Below, one piece after another: positions 35,190 through 45,818 of a DNA stretch of 64,000 nt (positions within the stretch are counted from its first letter, which is position 1; each line of letters begins with the position of its first letter). The stretch is from Massalongia carnosa (Eukaryota): the NCBI GenBank assembly GCA_965645245.1, contig OZ287069.1:124001-188000 (forward strand). Direction: 5' to 3'. The notes under the pieces are model-generated. The model saw only the letters and a program-made list of their open reading frames with translations, was not told where the DNA came from and ran no database searches. Both the position numbers and the translations under genes were made by a program.

Positions 35190-36954
35190 CTATATTCCAT
35201 TTGTGTGCCGTAGCGTAAATACAATTGTGCTCTTTCTCCCTTTCTCCCTACCTATGTGATAAGGTTTTCGCTCTGGAGCCCATCTCACTGGAGACATTGA
35301 TATCCGTCCACTCCGTGTCTTGATAATTTCATGGGCAGGCTGCTGTCGCCGTGGGGCCGGCCGCCGCTTAGACCGTGCTTGGTCTAGAGATCGAGGCGGC
35401 CCCGTGCCGCGGCGTTGTCTATCTGACAGTGATTTCACGCTGGCATTTGAGAAGCGTTTTGCCTTAGACACCCTCTGCGGACGAGATTGATGGAGTGACG
35501 TCTCTTCCTCCTTGGTCAGCCGAGGCGTTGTCTCTTGACGCATCGGTGCCTGCCGGATGGCATCCAAATCCTGGATGGTGGTGCGAATTCGGGCTGCCTG
35601 GGCTTCTGGATCAGCGTGTTCCGCTTCTTCGACTTGACCTTCATGACCTTGGCCTGACCGAGGACCGCAGAAACCTTTGCTCTTCGCTTCCGACCGCCAC
35701 AAGCCGAGGTCCTCGGGCCGGCCTTGAAAAGAATAGCCTGATCGTTATTGTCTTCTTGGAGAGAGGGTGTCGGATGTCCCGGATCCATCGTCTGTCGTTG
35801 TTGCTCGATCCAGTTCAGCAGAGCCTTGTGCCGTTCTAGGTCCCGTTCACCGCACTCCAGGATGTGCTCAAGGGCTTCTACGTTCCCTGCTGCGCGTTTA
35901 GAACCTGAGGCGTTCGTGTCGCTAGCTAGCTTCCAAGTGTCATATAAACTTTGTTTCGACTTGTCCTGTTCCGCTTCAAACCGCTCAAGTTGTATGAGAT
36001 GGTAGTTTTGAAACTCAATCCATTTTTCCAGCTGACGCTGCTGCCTTAGGTCCGACAGGAGGCGGACATCACCACTCAGGCCATGTCTTCGCCGACGCTC
36101 ACGAACCTCGTCCACAAACTCGTCGAAGCTATCGTTTCGAAAACGGCGCTGGCGCAGCTGATCCGCGCGGAATTTCCGCCAGTCCGATGCTTGGGCGCAA
36201 AGAACAACATCGTTTTTCCGTAGTAACGATAGCCAATACCGCACGATTGCCTGGAACATCTGGGGGATATTTCGCAGAGTGATGTCGAGGTCCGACGGGT
36301 AGCAGGGAGGACAGCCAGGGTCTTCCAGTTCCTTCCGCGCCTTGGCCTCAAGTTGGCGAGAATATTCATTTTTCTCGTCCTCGTCTGTAAGGAAGCTGTC
36401 GTCGATTCTAATCAACCGCTATTAAACTAAAATTTATCTACAAAAGAAGAAAAGAAACATTGTGCGCGACTCGCTAGAAATATCTGCACCGAGTGTCGCG
36501 CTAGCCTCGCGTGCTCCCCCCTTCCATCTCAGCCCTATGTCAGGCTAGGACCCTGACATCGTCCACCGGCGGTGTCATAGACCTACGTTGTCACAGTATT
36601 AGTATAGGGACGAAACGTAGGGATGTTTGGACGAACTGTAGTCTCGACGCGAGAGCATTTGCCGCCTGCAGTTGTCTAAGAAGCAACGTTAGCTTGGCTC
36701 TTCAGGGCCATTTTAATATATCTCAGCCTGTACTGTGCTTTATTGAGAACTACGGTCTGCTGCGATTCTGATAGTGTCGAGACTTCCGGGATTGTGACCA
36801 TCCTGTGCACCGAAGGCAAGCGTTAGTACTGCCGTCTGCGATTGTTGTTTGGTTGGTGAGCGATCACATATCTGAAATCATGGTAGTCTTGAATGATGGT
36901 ACGGGCAGCTAAATCATCAATTAAAGACTTAGTCGAAGTGGAGGAAGAAGCCAT
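35190..36954 (-). pseudogene. Multi-exon fungal hypothetical gene disrupted by a solo LTR and a frameshift
   Basis: GCPPCYP...LCAQASDWRKFR...VRERRRRHGL...WIEFQNYHL looks like a conserved fungal hypothetical family; ATG at 36954 followed by short GT-CTAA-AG introns. Confidence 0.55.
36386..36558 (-). mobile_element. Solo LTR (173 bp), same family as 48349-48529
   Basis: TGTAAGG...CCCTGACA with 5-bp TSD TCGTC (36381-36385, 36559-36563). Confidence 0.93.
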
Positions 36955-37142
36955 GACGGAGAAAGAAATGCGTTATAGGGCATTAGTGATCGACGATCTG
37001 GAGGGCGGAACTGGAGAAACATGCACCCCGGCGGGCCCCATAATATCATGACCGTAGGGCTGGGCTGGGTTATATGGGTGTTCGGCACTCAGTCCAGTGG
37101 ACTGAGTGCTAGCTACGCGGCACGGATAGTGGAAGTTCTCTG

Positions 37143-37387
37143 AAAAGTATACACTCGGAAAGTAGATGCACTCGGAAAGTAGATGCACTTGGAAAGTAGA
37201 TGCACTTGGAAAGTAGATGCACTTGGAAAGTAGATGCACTGGGAAGGTAGATACACTGGGAAGGTATATGCACTGGGAAAGTATATGCACTTGAAAGTAT
37301 ATGTACTGGGAAGGTATATACACTGGGAAAGTATATACACTTGAAAAGTATATGCACTCGGAAGGTATATACACTGAGAAAGTATAT
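37143..37387. repeat. 17-bp minisatellite, about 14 copies
   Basis: Unit ggaa(a/g)gta(g/t)at(g/a)cact(c/t/g). Confidence 0.92.
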
Positions 37388-38064
37388 AACTTCCATCCCT
37401 GCGTGGCGGAAAACCCTACGTGCCGGAACGACTTTATGATTTGGGAGTCTCAAATCTCTACCAAATAAATATTTCAAAGTTACAATTAGTTTGCTATTGT
37501 TCTTTAACTATTTCTCTACAAGGGTTCGGTTTGCAGTAAGAAAATACTATGATTATGGTCATGTTATCAATTGTCCCGTTGGTAGTGTTGATAGTCATTT
37601 CGGCTGTTCCTCCCTGCTCTATCATGACTATTGGCCTATCTCCAAATTTCGGGACCGTAGCACGAAGCTCCTATCAAGAAATAATATTGCTCCAAGTTTT
37701 CACGATACCCGGCTATCAGAAACTAATGTTCCGAGTTTGGCCGGGCGAATGTGGGGTACATGAAAGTGACTCGTCTGAGCGGGGTAATCTAGCGTCCTTA
37801 CATTATACTGTATTTTCAGACTGAACTAGCTATACTTGTTATGCCCTATATCATATATAGTTAAAGTGTGGCGCATGTTTCCAGAAGATTCCATTAGTGC
37901 AACGTGTCCTTTGACAGCGCCGGCCGGGGATCGCGCTTCTTGCGCTCGCAAGAGCTGGCCTACTCCTCGTAACCTCAATATTATTACTTCGTTAACGTAA
38001 AGCCGATTCAAATCGACTTCCTAAAATTGCATTAAAAAAACCCTAGAAGATACATACGGATTTG

Positions 38065-40095
38065 ATGAATCAATCTTATAAGTACAATCCACTCGATCGC
38101 ACGAAGAGGGAGATCAGGCTTGTCCGTATCAAGGGTTTTGTCGAAGTCACCGCTTTCATTCGGAATCCTATCGCGTCCGATCTACTTGAAAGAGATGATG
38201 TCTTCCGAGCAATGATCGAAAAAGACTTTCCTATGCAATGCTCCATTGAACATGCGTCTTTGGACGACAAGCCTCCGTATATTGCTTTGTCATATACTTG
38301 GGGCGACCCCACTAACAAGAAACCAATCCATGTCACGAATGAGGATGGCACGGTCACAACACTCCAAGTTACGCAAAACCTCTAAGCCGCTTTAAGACAT
38401 ATTCGTCCAGATCTCTTGCCAAATATAGAAGACGATGCTCTGCTCTGGATCGACGCCATCTGCATCAACCAGACCGATGAATACGAAAAGAGTTGGCAGG
38501 TACAACAAATGTTGTACATCTATCGCAACGCACTCAACCTTCTGGTTTTTCTTGGATCCAGAACAGACGGTAGCGCCGAATTCATGGACGAGATGGATGC
38601 CTCCTTCAACAAGTACACAACTTGGGTTCGTGGGCATCAAAATGTCGACATAAATCATTGGGATCTTAATAAAGAAGTTAATAATCTCCTTGGTGCGGCG
38701 TCGTTCGTTCATCAACCCTATTGGCGACGTGTGTGGATTCAGCAGGAGATCTATGCTAAGCCCTTCGTTAATGAGTGGCTGCAATGGGGTCAAAAAATCA
38801 TCAACCTAACAAAAGTGTATGTTTTCATGGTTGGCCTGAAAAACCTATACACTACGCTTCGTCGACAAGAACTGCAATCCCTAGTATCCAGTTCCCTCAC
38901 TGCTGCAGATCTACGTCTGGTCATGGAAAGCCATGAGTACGAAATGGTGCTCCAGACTATCTACCGCACACACGATTCTGATGAAGCACACGACTCACTT
39001 ACCCTGGTAAATCTCTTAGGTATTATCCATGTCGTAGGCTACGGCCTCCAAGCTTTCGATCCCCGCGACCACATATTTGGTGTTCTGAATATGGCTGCGG
39101 ATGTTGAATCCCTTGGATTAGTCCCGGATTACACACAGTCCTCTGAGAAAGTATTCATTGAGGCTGCAACGGCATTAATCAAGAAGGGAGAGATTGTAAT
39201 CTTGGGATGGGCAAATGCTTTCGGTTCGGGGCCGCCCAGTATTGAGTCTACAGTTTCCAAATTGCCGTCATGGGTACCAGACTGGCGATTACCGATTTCT
39301 TCGTCTATTGGTGCTTTCACGCAGTTCTTCACAACGGTGCAGATTCAATACCGTGCCGGTCGTCAAAGAAGTTTTTGCACAGCTCGCTTTGTAGATTCTA
39401 AGAAAGAGAGCGATGTACCAACAATGAGCTCCTATGGGGTTGAGATCGATACAGTCCTCTCACTCAGCAAGGTTTTGACCAGGGAAAGGAGCCAATCTTC
39501 GAATAGTAGCACAGACGAGTCTCAGAGTAGCCTAGAGAAGTCTGACCAAATTACAGGATCCCCAAGAGGTGACCAGCTTCTCCGCTCACAACCTCAAGGA
39601 CACTGGTTCGAGGAACTAGAAAATCTTATCAGTCTCGACGAAACCACCCAGGAGTCTCCATGGGACCTCAGAGATACTGTATGGCGAGTACCGGTTGGTG
39701 ACATTGAGCTCACCGCAGAAGGCGAGTATAAAAGAGCTAGTCACGCATTCAAAAACGGCTACTCACTTCTCCACGACCGCTTCATGCAACCTGATACTAC
39801 AAAGTGTCACACAAATGAAGAGAAGTTGCTAGCTTCGCGGTTCTGGGAAATCATGGACGCTCAAAGCCTGGGGAGGCGGTACTTCATAACCAAGAAAGGC
39901 TATATCGGACTCGGCCCGGAAGCATTGGCTCCTGGAGACCTCGCCGTGGTTCTCCTGGCGCTGAACACACCCCTGATCCTGAGACCAGTGGAAGAAGGCC
40001 ACTGTCGCATTGTTGGGGAAGCATACGTGAACGGTATGATGGATGGGCAAGCCTTCGAGGGCGACTACAAATTGCGAGAGTTTCTGATTGATTAG
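38065..40095 (+). pseudogene. HET-domain (HET-6-like) protein with a single in-frame TAA at 38383-38385
   Basis: EIRLV, YIALSYTWG, VTQNL*AALRHIR, LWIDAICINQ, QVQQM..IY, YWRRVWIQQE, DPRDHIFG, LPSWVPDW, GYIGLGP, VGEAYVNGMMDG, all in one frame. Confidence 0.9.
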
Positions 40096-40172
40096 ATGCT
40101 TGCGAGAAGGGAAAGGGCCAAGAGCGAGTACGACGACTGCTGATCGACAAGCAAGTACGCGAGACCTCGTAG

Positions 40173-40879
40173 ATTTGACCTTGATATCTACCAGTATGAT
40201 GCGGTCAGTGCTTTCATAAATAGCCCGATTGATGAGGAAATCTTTTGTGAGTGTCCAGAAGGTTTTGACAAGCCCGGATACTGTTGGAAGCTTAGAAAAG
40301 CTCTGTACGGATTAAAACATGCACCGATTCTATGGTATAAGCTCCTAACCATGGCCCTAGAGGAACTCGGACTAGCGCAGTCCCAGGGGTCAACTGTCTA
40401 TTTGCCAATGAGTGGATTATCCTATTCTTCTATGTCGATGACATTGTGGTCATACGCAGGAAGCATAAGTCGGACAAATTTTAAGAATTTGAGAAAGCTC
40501 TCCTGAAACGATTCGAAATGCATGCTCTAGGGGAATTGAAATGGTTTCTCGGTATAAGGATTACCCGAGACCGAGCAAATAAGAAGATATGGTTATGTCA
40601 GGACTCATACATTACCAAAATGGCTGCGAAATTTAATCAGCACGGGGAAACCGCGAAAACACCACTGACAGTGGTGTCTCCAGCCTATGAAAAGGAGCAA
40701 AAAGCAGACAGTCAACGTATATATGCGTACCAGCAACGGGTAGGTTCATTGAACTTCCCAGCGGTAATATCCCGGCCCGATATAGCATTTGCAACTGCAA
40801 AATTAGCTTAATTCTTACAAAACCCGTGCCCGGATAATCTGTCTGCGGCCGATCGGGTTATTGCTTTTCTAAATGGGAC
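40173..40879 (+). mobile_element. Degenerate Copia RT fragment
   Basis: QYDAVSAFIN, KALYGLK, FYVDDIV, WFLGIRI, SRPDIAF; cut by Ngaro-2. Confidence 0.88.
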
Positions 40880-41606
40880 CTAGTTCGTGTCAATCTCGTT
40901 ATATTGCTACTAAGTATGTTTGGGCTATTGCTCACAGCCCCCGGCCTCGAGAGGGGGACTCGATAAGGGCCTTGCTGTCTACTAATGTAAGACCCTCTCG
41001 CAGGCCTTGGGCTGTGAACAGACTCCCTCTATCTAAGCGACAGAAGAACTGGAGTGGGTGGGTGGGAAAGAAAACGTTGCAAACAGTGCTATCAAAATGC
41101 TATGCTTTTTGATTGTCTTGAGATGTGAGATGATGAGGGATACCGTCTGGGACCTCCTCTTTATATATCTTCTTCCTATTCTCCTTGTCCTACTCTACCA
41201 TCCCAGTATGCCCCATCAACGCGGCCCATAGCAAGGCATACACAAATCCGAAACCTAACTGTCGTCCGAAGGATCGATGCGGTGCTAAGATCTCTATGCC
41301 GTGCTGAGACATCCTTATGGTGCTGAGACATCTATGCCGTCCGAGAGATCCATGCGGTGCCGAAATCAAAGCGGGAGCTGTCTCGATTAACGACGCACTA
41401 GCTCTCAGCATAGCCGAACTAGCTAGTTCGTGTCAATCTCGTTATATTGCTACTAAGTATGTTTGGGCTATTGCTCACAGCCCCCGGCCTCGAGAGGGGG
41501 ACTCGATAAGGGCCTTGCTGTCTACTAATGTAAGACCCTCTCGCAGGCCTTGGGCTGTGAACAGACTCCCAATCCCCAACATGGAACGACCCGCTTGCGG
41601 TGTTGT

Positions 41607-42643
41607 TCAGGACCTAGTGACTGGATTGTGAGGTTCCGTGGGTAATGTTTGAAGGCGTTTTGAGGCGTTAAGAAGGTAAGTGGGGTGGGTTTGTATGTAA
41701 AGCTTGTATGCGTCTGACTTCCATCTTCCTAGCATCTGAATCTCGTCTTCGGTGAGTCCTGCCCGTCGCGCTGTTGTTGCCGCACCTCTTCTGAACGAGT
41801 GGCCAGAGAAATTTCCTATATAGCCCAAGTTCCTTAAGGTGGATTTCATCGCTGTTGTAATGTAGTCTCGAGTGAAGGACTGACCGTTTTTAAAGAGTGG
41901 TGCGGCCGGAGAACTTGGGAATCGCCTATATAAATTTGTAAGAGAAGCTAGTGCACAAGCAACATCGTTGGTAGCCGCAATTGTCAGTGTTATGCCTCGG
42001 CGAAAGGGATCGGTTTTGGAGACTGGTAGAGAGAGCTGTAGGTGATCTGCTTCGAACCTAATAGATTTTCTGGTGAGGTGCCATTGATCAAAGCTTGGGT
42101 CTAGTACATCTTGCGTTGTGTAAGTAAATTCTCCGGCTCGTAAGAAGCCTGCAAACGCTAAGCAGTACGCCGCATGTAAATTTGCGCCTTTCTCTTTCGT
42201 TTGATCAAGACGACTTAGCAATTTGATTAAGATCTCTCTAGTAATTGGTAACCTTTCACGTTTCTCGGCTTCACCGTTCTTTCGCTTTATGCCAGTAAGG
42301 ATGCGATCTAACACCGGGTGATGAAATACGTCGAGATTACCGAGGCCCATATCTATCTGGCATGATCTTATGCCCGTCAAGTAGCTCTTAATAGTTTTTG
42401 GTTGCAGGCGTCGTTCACCCAACGCTGCGATCCACGAAGACAGCGTCCGGATGTTGGCTGGAAATGGTGGCGCGTTGAGGTTTACCCTACAGTAAAGAAC
42501 GTATCCCTTTCTTGCCGTTGTGTATAAAGATCTTGTCTTAGTGGCCAGGCCCCACCAGAGGTATCGTGCTGCGATTTCGTCTAGAGGTACCTCACTGTAC
42601 CAAGATGGGGGTGGATCGCGTCCTATATTGCTGAGGGTAGAGC
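41607..42643 (-). CDS. Ngaro-2 tyrosine recombinase; frame open from about 42662 with no AUG start
   Basis: GFLRAGE, SKTDPFR, GHSFRRGAA, LGRWKSDAYKLY catalytic residues all present. Confidence 0.93.
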
Positions 42644-44239
42644 CTGAAACTGAGGGATTTTGTCAGCCAGTTTCTTCAAAAGTCCTCTAGACAAGAGATC
42701 AGCAATATAATTTTCTTTGGATGATATCCATCGCGCTTCTATCTGGATATCATGTAATGCAGCTAGCATTGTAATTGCCCGCAGGGCATGCATTGCTTGG
42801 CCTCGTATAGAGGTTTTATTCACTCCTTTCGTGACAGCGTAGCTATCACAATAGAGGATTAAATGACTACCCTTGCATATAGGTAGCCACTTTTTCATAG
42901 CTTGAAGAATTGCTGTCATTTCTTTGACGTTGATATGCTTTGCCCTAAGGCGCGTAGTAAAGCGTGTGCTAAAAGCCTGCCGGGCTGCTTGTATATTATG
43001 CAAATTTTGATCCTCGCTGAGGATAAAGCCGCCCATACCATATGAGCCGGACGCATCTGTCCATATTCTCATAGTATGTCTAGTACGGTTGAGCAGATGT
43101 ATGCCATTCCATTTAGGTAGGAAATGATGCCACCATAGAAGATCAGCCCTCATGTCCTTGTTAAGATGGATTAGTTTAGAGGTTACGCTTGCCGTAGCAT
43201 TGAAAAGACGGCGTAGAAAGGCTCTTCCTGGTTTTACCACTCTGGCTGCAAAGCATAAGAATCCTAGAAGAGAGTCGAGTTCCTTCCTGGGTATGGCTTT
43301 TTTATTCAAAGCTGCCGATACTAGGGTCTTTGCTTTTAGTAACTTTTCGGAAGGCAAGCGTGCTTCCATGAGCGCGGTATCGATTTCAATGCCGAGGAAA
43401 TCGCAAGTCGTTCCAGTTCTGTTCTTTTCGAGCTTGATTTTCATGCCAAGATCTTTACAAATGTTGTGGAAAACTTGATCAAACTTTTCAGCATCTGGTC
43501 CGGTGCTGACTATTATTAAAAAATCATCCAAGTAATGAATAGCGTCTTTCCAACCACAGTTGTACAATATCCAGTTGATACCCTTCGCGAACAGATCAAA
43601 AAGGAACGGCGACGTTCTCAGCCCAAAGGGTAAGTATTTATCCATCCAAAAGGAATCCTGCCACTTGAAACCTAGTAACCACCAATCGCTTTTTGCTACT
43701 GGTATGTGGCGAAAAGCGTCCGCAAAGTCTCTTTTAATAAGAATACACCCTGGCCCGCGTTGCTCAATCAACCTAATGGCTTCGTCGAAGCTGGTATATT
43801 CCAGGGAGCCCCAGTCTTCCGGTATGTGGTCGTTGACTGAGCTACTCTCCGGATACGATAGATGATGGATTCGCCGCCAACCACCGTTAGCCTTTGGTAC
43901 AAGGCCTAATGGGGAACATATAAAGCAAGAAGGAATGTTGTTGACTTTCTCCAACCGATTACTAGCTATTTGTTCTTCGAGGTCATTGGTAAGAACTTCC
44001 GGTGCCTCATTTGCAGAGGCAAGATTATCGCTAATAATGAGTTGATGTGGTCCTGTATAACCAACTTTGGCACCGTAGGTGATGATATCGATAATTGTTT
44101 GTGTGTAAGTGCGATCCGGGTGATTGGCCAAATGTTTCTCCCAGCCTTCTTTCTTCAATGGGCCCGGTGGGATCTTTGTTAGATTGTCCGTCAAGGTGTA
44201 TGGAAAGGACTCCGCGATGGATAAGAATGGGGCGGTTAG
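42623..44239 (-). CDS. Ngaro-2 RT-RNase H, in frame with gag, no usable AUG
   Basis: PLGLVPK, KRDFADAFR, LPFGL, HYLDDF; WTDASG, INVKEM, YCDS, NYIADLLSR. Confidence 0.93.
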   Translation of the reverse strand, partial: LTAPFLSIAESFPYTLTDNLTKIPPGPLKKEGWEKHLANHPDRTYTQTIIDIITYGAKVGYTGPHQLIISDNLASANEAPEVLTNDLEEQIASNRLEKVNNIPSCFICSPLGLVPKANGGWRRIHHLSYPESSSVNDHIPEDWGSLEYTSFDEAIRLIEQRGPGCILIKRDFADAFRHIPVAKSDWWLLGFKWQDSFWMDKYLPFGLRTSPFLFDLFAKGINWILYNCGWKDAIHYLDDFLIIVSTGPDAEKFDQVFHNICKDLGMKIKLEKNRTGTTCDFLGIEIDTALMEARLPSEKLLKAKTLVSAALNKKAIPRKELDSLLGFLCFAARVVKPGRAFLRRLFNATASVTSKLIHLNKDMRADLLWWHHFLPKWNGIHLLNRTRHTMRIWTDASGSYGMGGFILSEDQNLHNIQAARQAFSTRFTTRLRAKHINVKEMTAILQAMKKWLPICKGSHLILYCDSYAVTKGVNKTSIRGQAMHALRAITMLAALHDIQIEARWISSKENYIADLLSRGLLKKLADKIPQFQALPSAI

Positions 44240-45394
44240 TCATTGCCTTGATGGGAGAGGCATCGAATTTGGGTTAGAGGGTTGATTTTTTCCATTTGTA
44301 CAGTCCATCGCCCGATGTTGCTTTCCACATTTCTCACACACATGTTGGAATCTACAATATACGGGACAGTCTTTGCCATAGTTGTATTTCTTACAGATAA
44401 TCTTTTCGCCTGAGGTTTTGAAAGCCGTAGAATTATCGTCCGGTTTTGCAAAGTAAGCGGACGGTTTCCGCACAAGATGCCTTTCCAAGGAATGGTCCAT
44501 TTCTTTCCATCCATCCGGGTTGTCAATCCCGCGAAAGGCTCGAGATTTGTGGAAATTCAAATGAAAGATGCGAACCGAGTCCCAGGTGTAGAAGGCGTAT
44601 AATGATAGAAGATGGTCCTGATAAGCCATGAAGGCTCTCATCAGGTTTATCTGGAGACCGGGGTGTGCAAAGTGTAGTAGTATCATCCAATATACCCCGA
44701 GACATCGTATCAAATGAACTATCCCTTTGATATCTTTTAAGGAGCCATCTTCTTCTCTCGTGGCGATTTCCAGACCTTCTCCGAGTTTGACGTATCTAGA
44801 GTTGGTTTGAACTCCGTCGATGTCGGTACATAGCTTGGTAATGTTGATTGGGTCAAACGTATTCTCGGAGATTTGCTTTATCCATATGGGCTTGATAGTG
44901 GGATATTCGTTCATAAGAGAAACAAAACGAGGATCCATACCTTCTGTATACAATGAGTTTGGTCGATGCGGTGGAAATGATGTCGGAAATAATAGGGAAG
45001 GCTGTTGAGCTGAGGCTACTGGCCCAGGGACCACGTCTCGGGCACGTGCTTGTTGGGTTTCGATATCCCGCCTAAGACTTACTCTTTCTCTTTCCTCGGC
45101 TTCCCTGCGGGACATTTCGCGTTGTGCTCTAAGTTCAATAATGTCATCAGGGGTGCGAGAACGGGTTTCCGGTATAACAGGCCCTTGTGAGGAGGAATTA
45201 AACGCTGAAGATGGAAGAGGAGAAGGTTGAGGATGGCTTTGAAGGGTTGCCGTGCTGTCTTGTGAGTCGGGTACTTCGACGTCTGGGTTGGAGTTGGCTA
45301 GATTTGCCCTAGCTCTAGTTCTAGTACGGGCTAGAGTGCTGCCTTGTGTGCGGGAGGTAGGCTTGGTGATTCTGTTGGAGATGCGGGTGGCCAT
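44240..45394 (-). CDS. gag: Ngaro-2 Gag-like ORF1
   Basis: ATG at 45394; YTWDSVRIFHLNFH; CKKYNYGKDCPVYCRFQHVCEKCGKQHRAMDC. Confidence 0.85.
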   Translation of the reverse strand: MATRISNRITKPTSRTQGSTLARTRTRARANLANSNPDVEVPDSQDSTATLQSHPQPSPLPSSAFNSSSQGPVIPETRSRTPDDIIELRAQREMSRREAEERERVSLRRDIETQQARARDVVPGPVASAQQPSLLFPTSFPPHRPNSLYTEGMDPRFVSLMNEYPTIKPIWIKQISENTFDPINITKLCTDIDGVQTNSRYVKLGEGLEIATREEDGSLKDIKGIVHLIRCLGVYWMILLHFAHPGLQINLMRAFMAYQDHLLSLYAFYTWDSVRIFHLNFHKSRAFRGIDNPDGWKEMDHSLERHLVRKPSAYFAKPDDNSTAFKTSGEKIICKKYNYGKDCPVYCRFQHVCEKCGKQHRAMDCTNGKNQPSNPNSMPLPSRQ

Positions 45395-45818
45395 TTTTGG
45401 AGGAGAGGGATTTGAATAGAGTAAATTTAAGTGTAGTGGTTGTATAAATTTGAATTGGGTGAAAAGAAAACGTTGCAAACAGTGCTATCAAAATGCTATG
45501 CTTTTTGATTGTCTTGAGATGTGAGATGATGAGGGATACCGTCTGGGACCTCCTCTTTATATATCTTCTTCCTATTCTCCTTGTCCTACTCTACCATCCC
45601 AGTATGCCCCATCAACGCGGCCCATAGCAAGGCATACACAAATCCGAAACCTAACTGTCGTCCGAAGGATCGATGCGGTGCTAAGATCTCTATGCCGTGC
45701 TGAGACATCCTTATGGTGCTGAGACATCTATGCCGTCCGAGAGATCCATGCGGTGCCGAAATCAAAGCGGGAGCTGTCTCGATTAACGACGCACTAGCTC
45801 TCAGCATAGCCGAACTAG

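Larger units (their letters stand above)
40880..45818 (-). mobile_element. Tyrosine-recombinase retrotransposon 2 (Ngaro-type), complete and apparently intact
   Basis: Split direct repeats on the minus strand in the order A1 (45818-45463), gag, RT/RH, YR, B1 (41570-41423), A2 (41422-41067), B2 (41027-40880); repeat copies read identical. Confidence 0.96.

Noticed and set aside
37143..37387. Regular 17-bp array as a CRISPR or a coding repeat (ORFs 36973-37477)
   Set aside because: Head-to-tail units with no unique spacers and no cas genes, in a fungal context; the ORFs are by-products of the repeat.
37491..38011. Short ORFs between the minisatellite and the HET gene
   Set aside because: No recognisable motifs or consistent gene model.
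31115..42643. Tyrosine recombinases as Starship captain, Crypton or phage integrase
   Set aside because: Both are linked to DIRS-type RT/RNase H and gag, and one has Ngaro split repeats.
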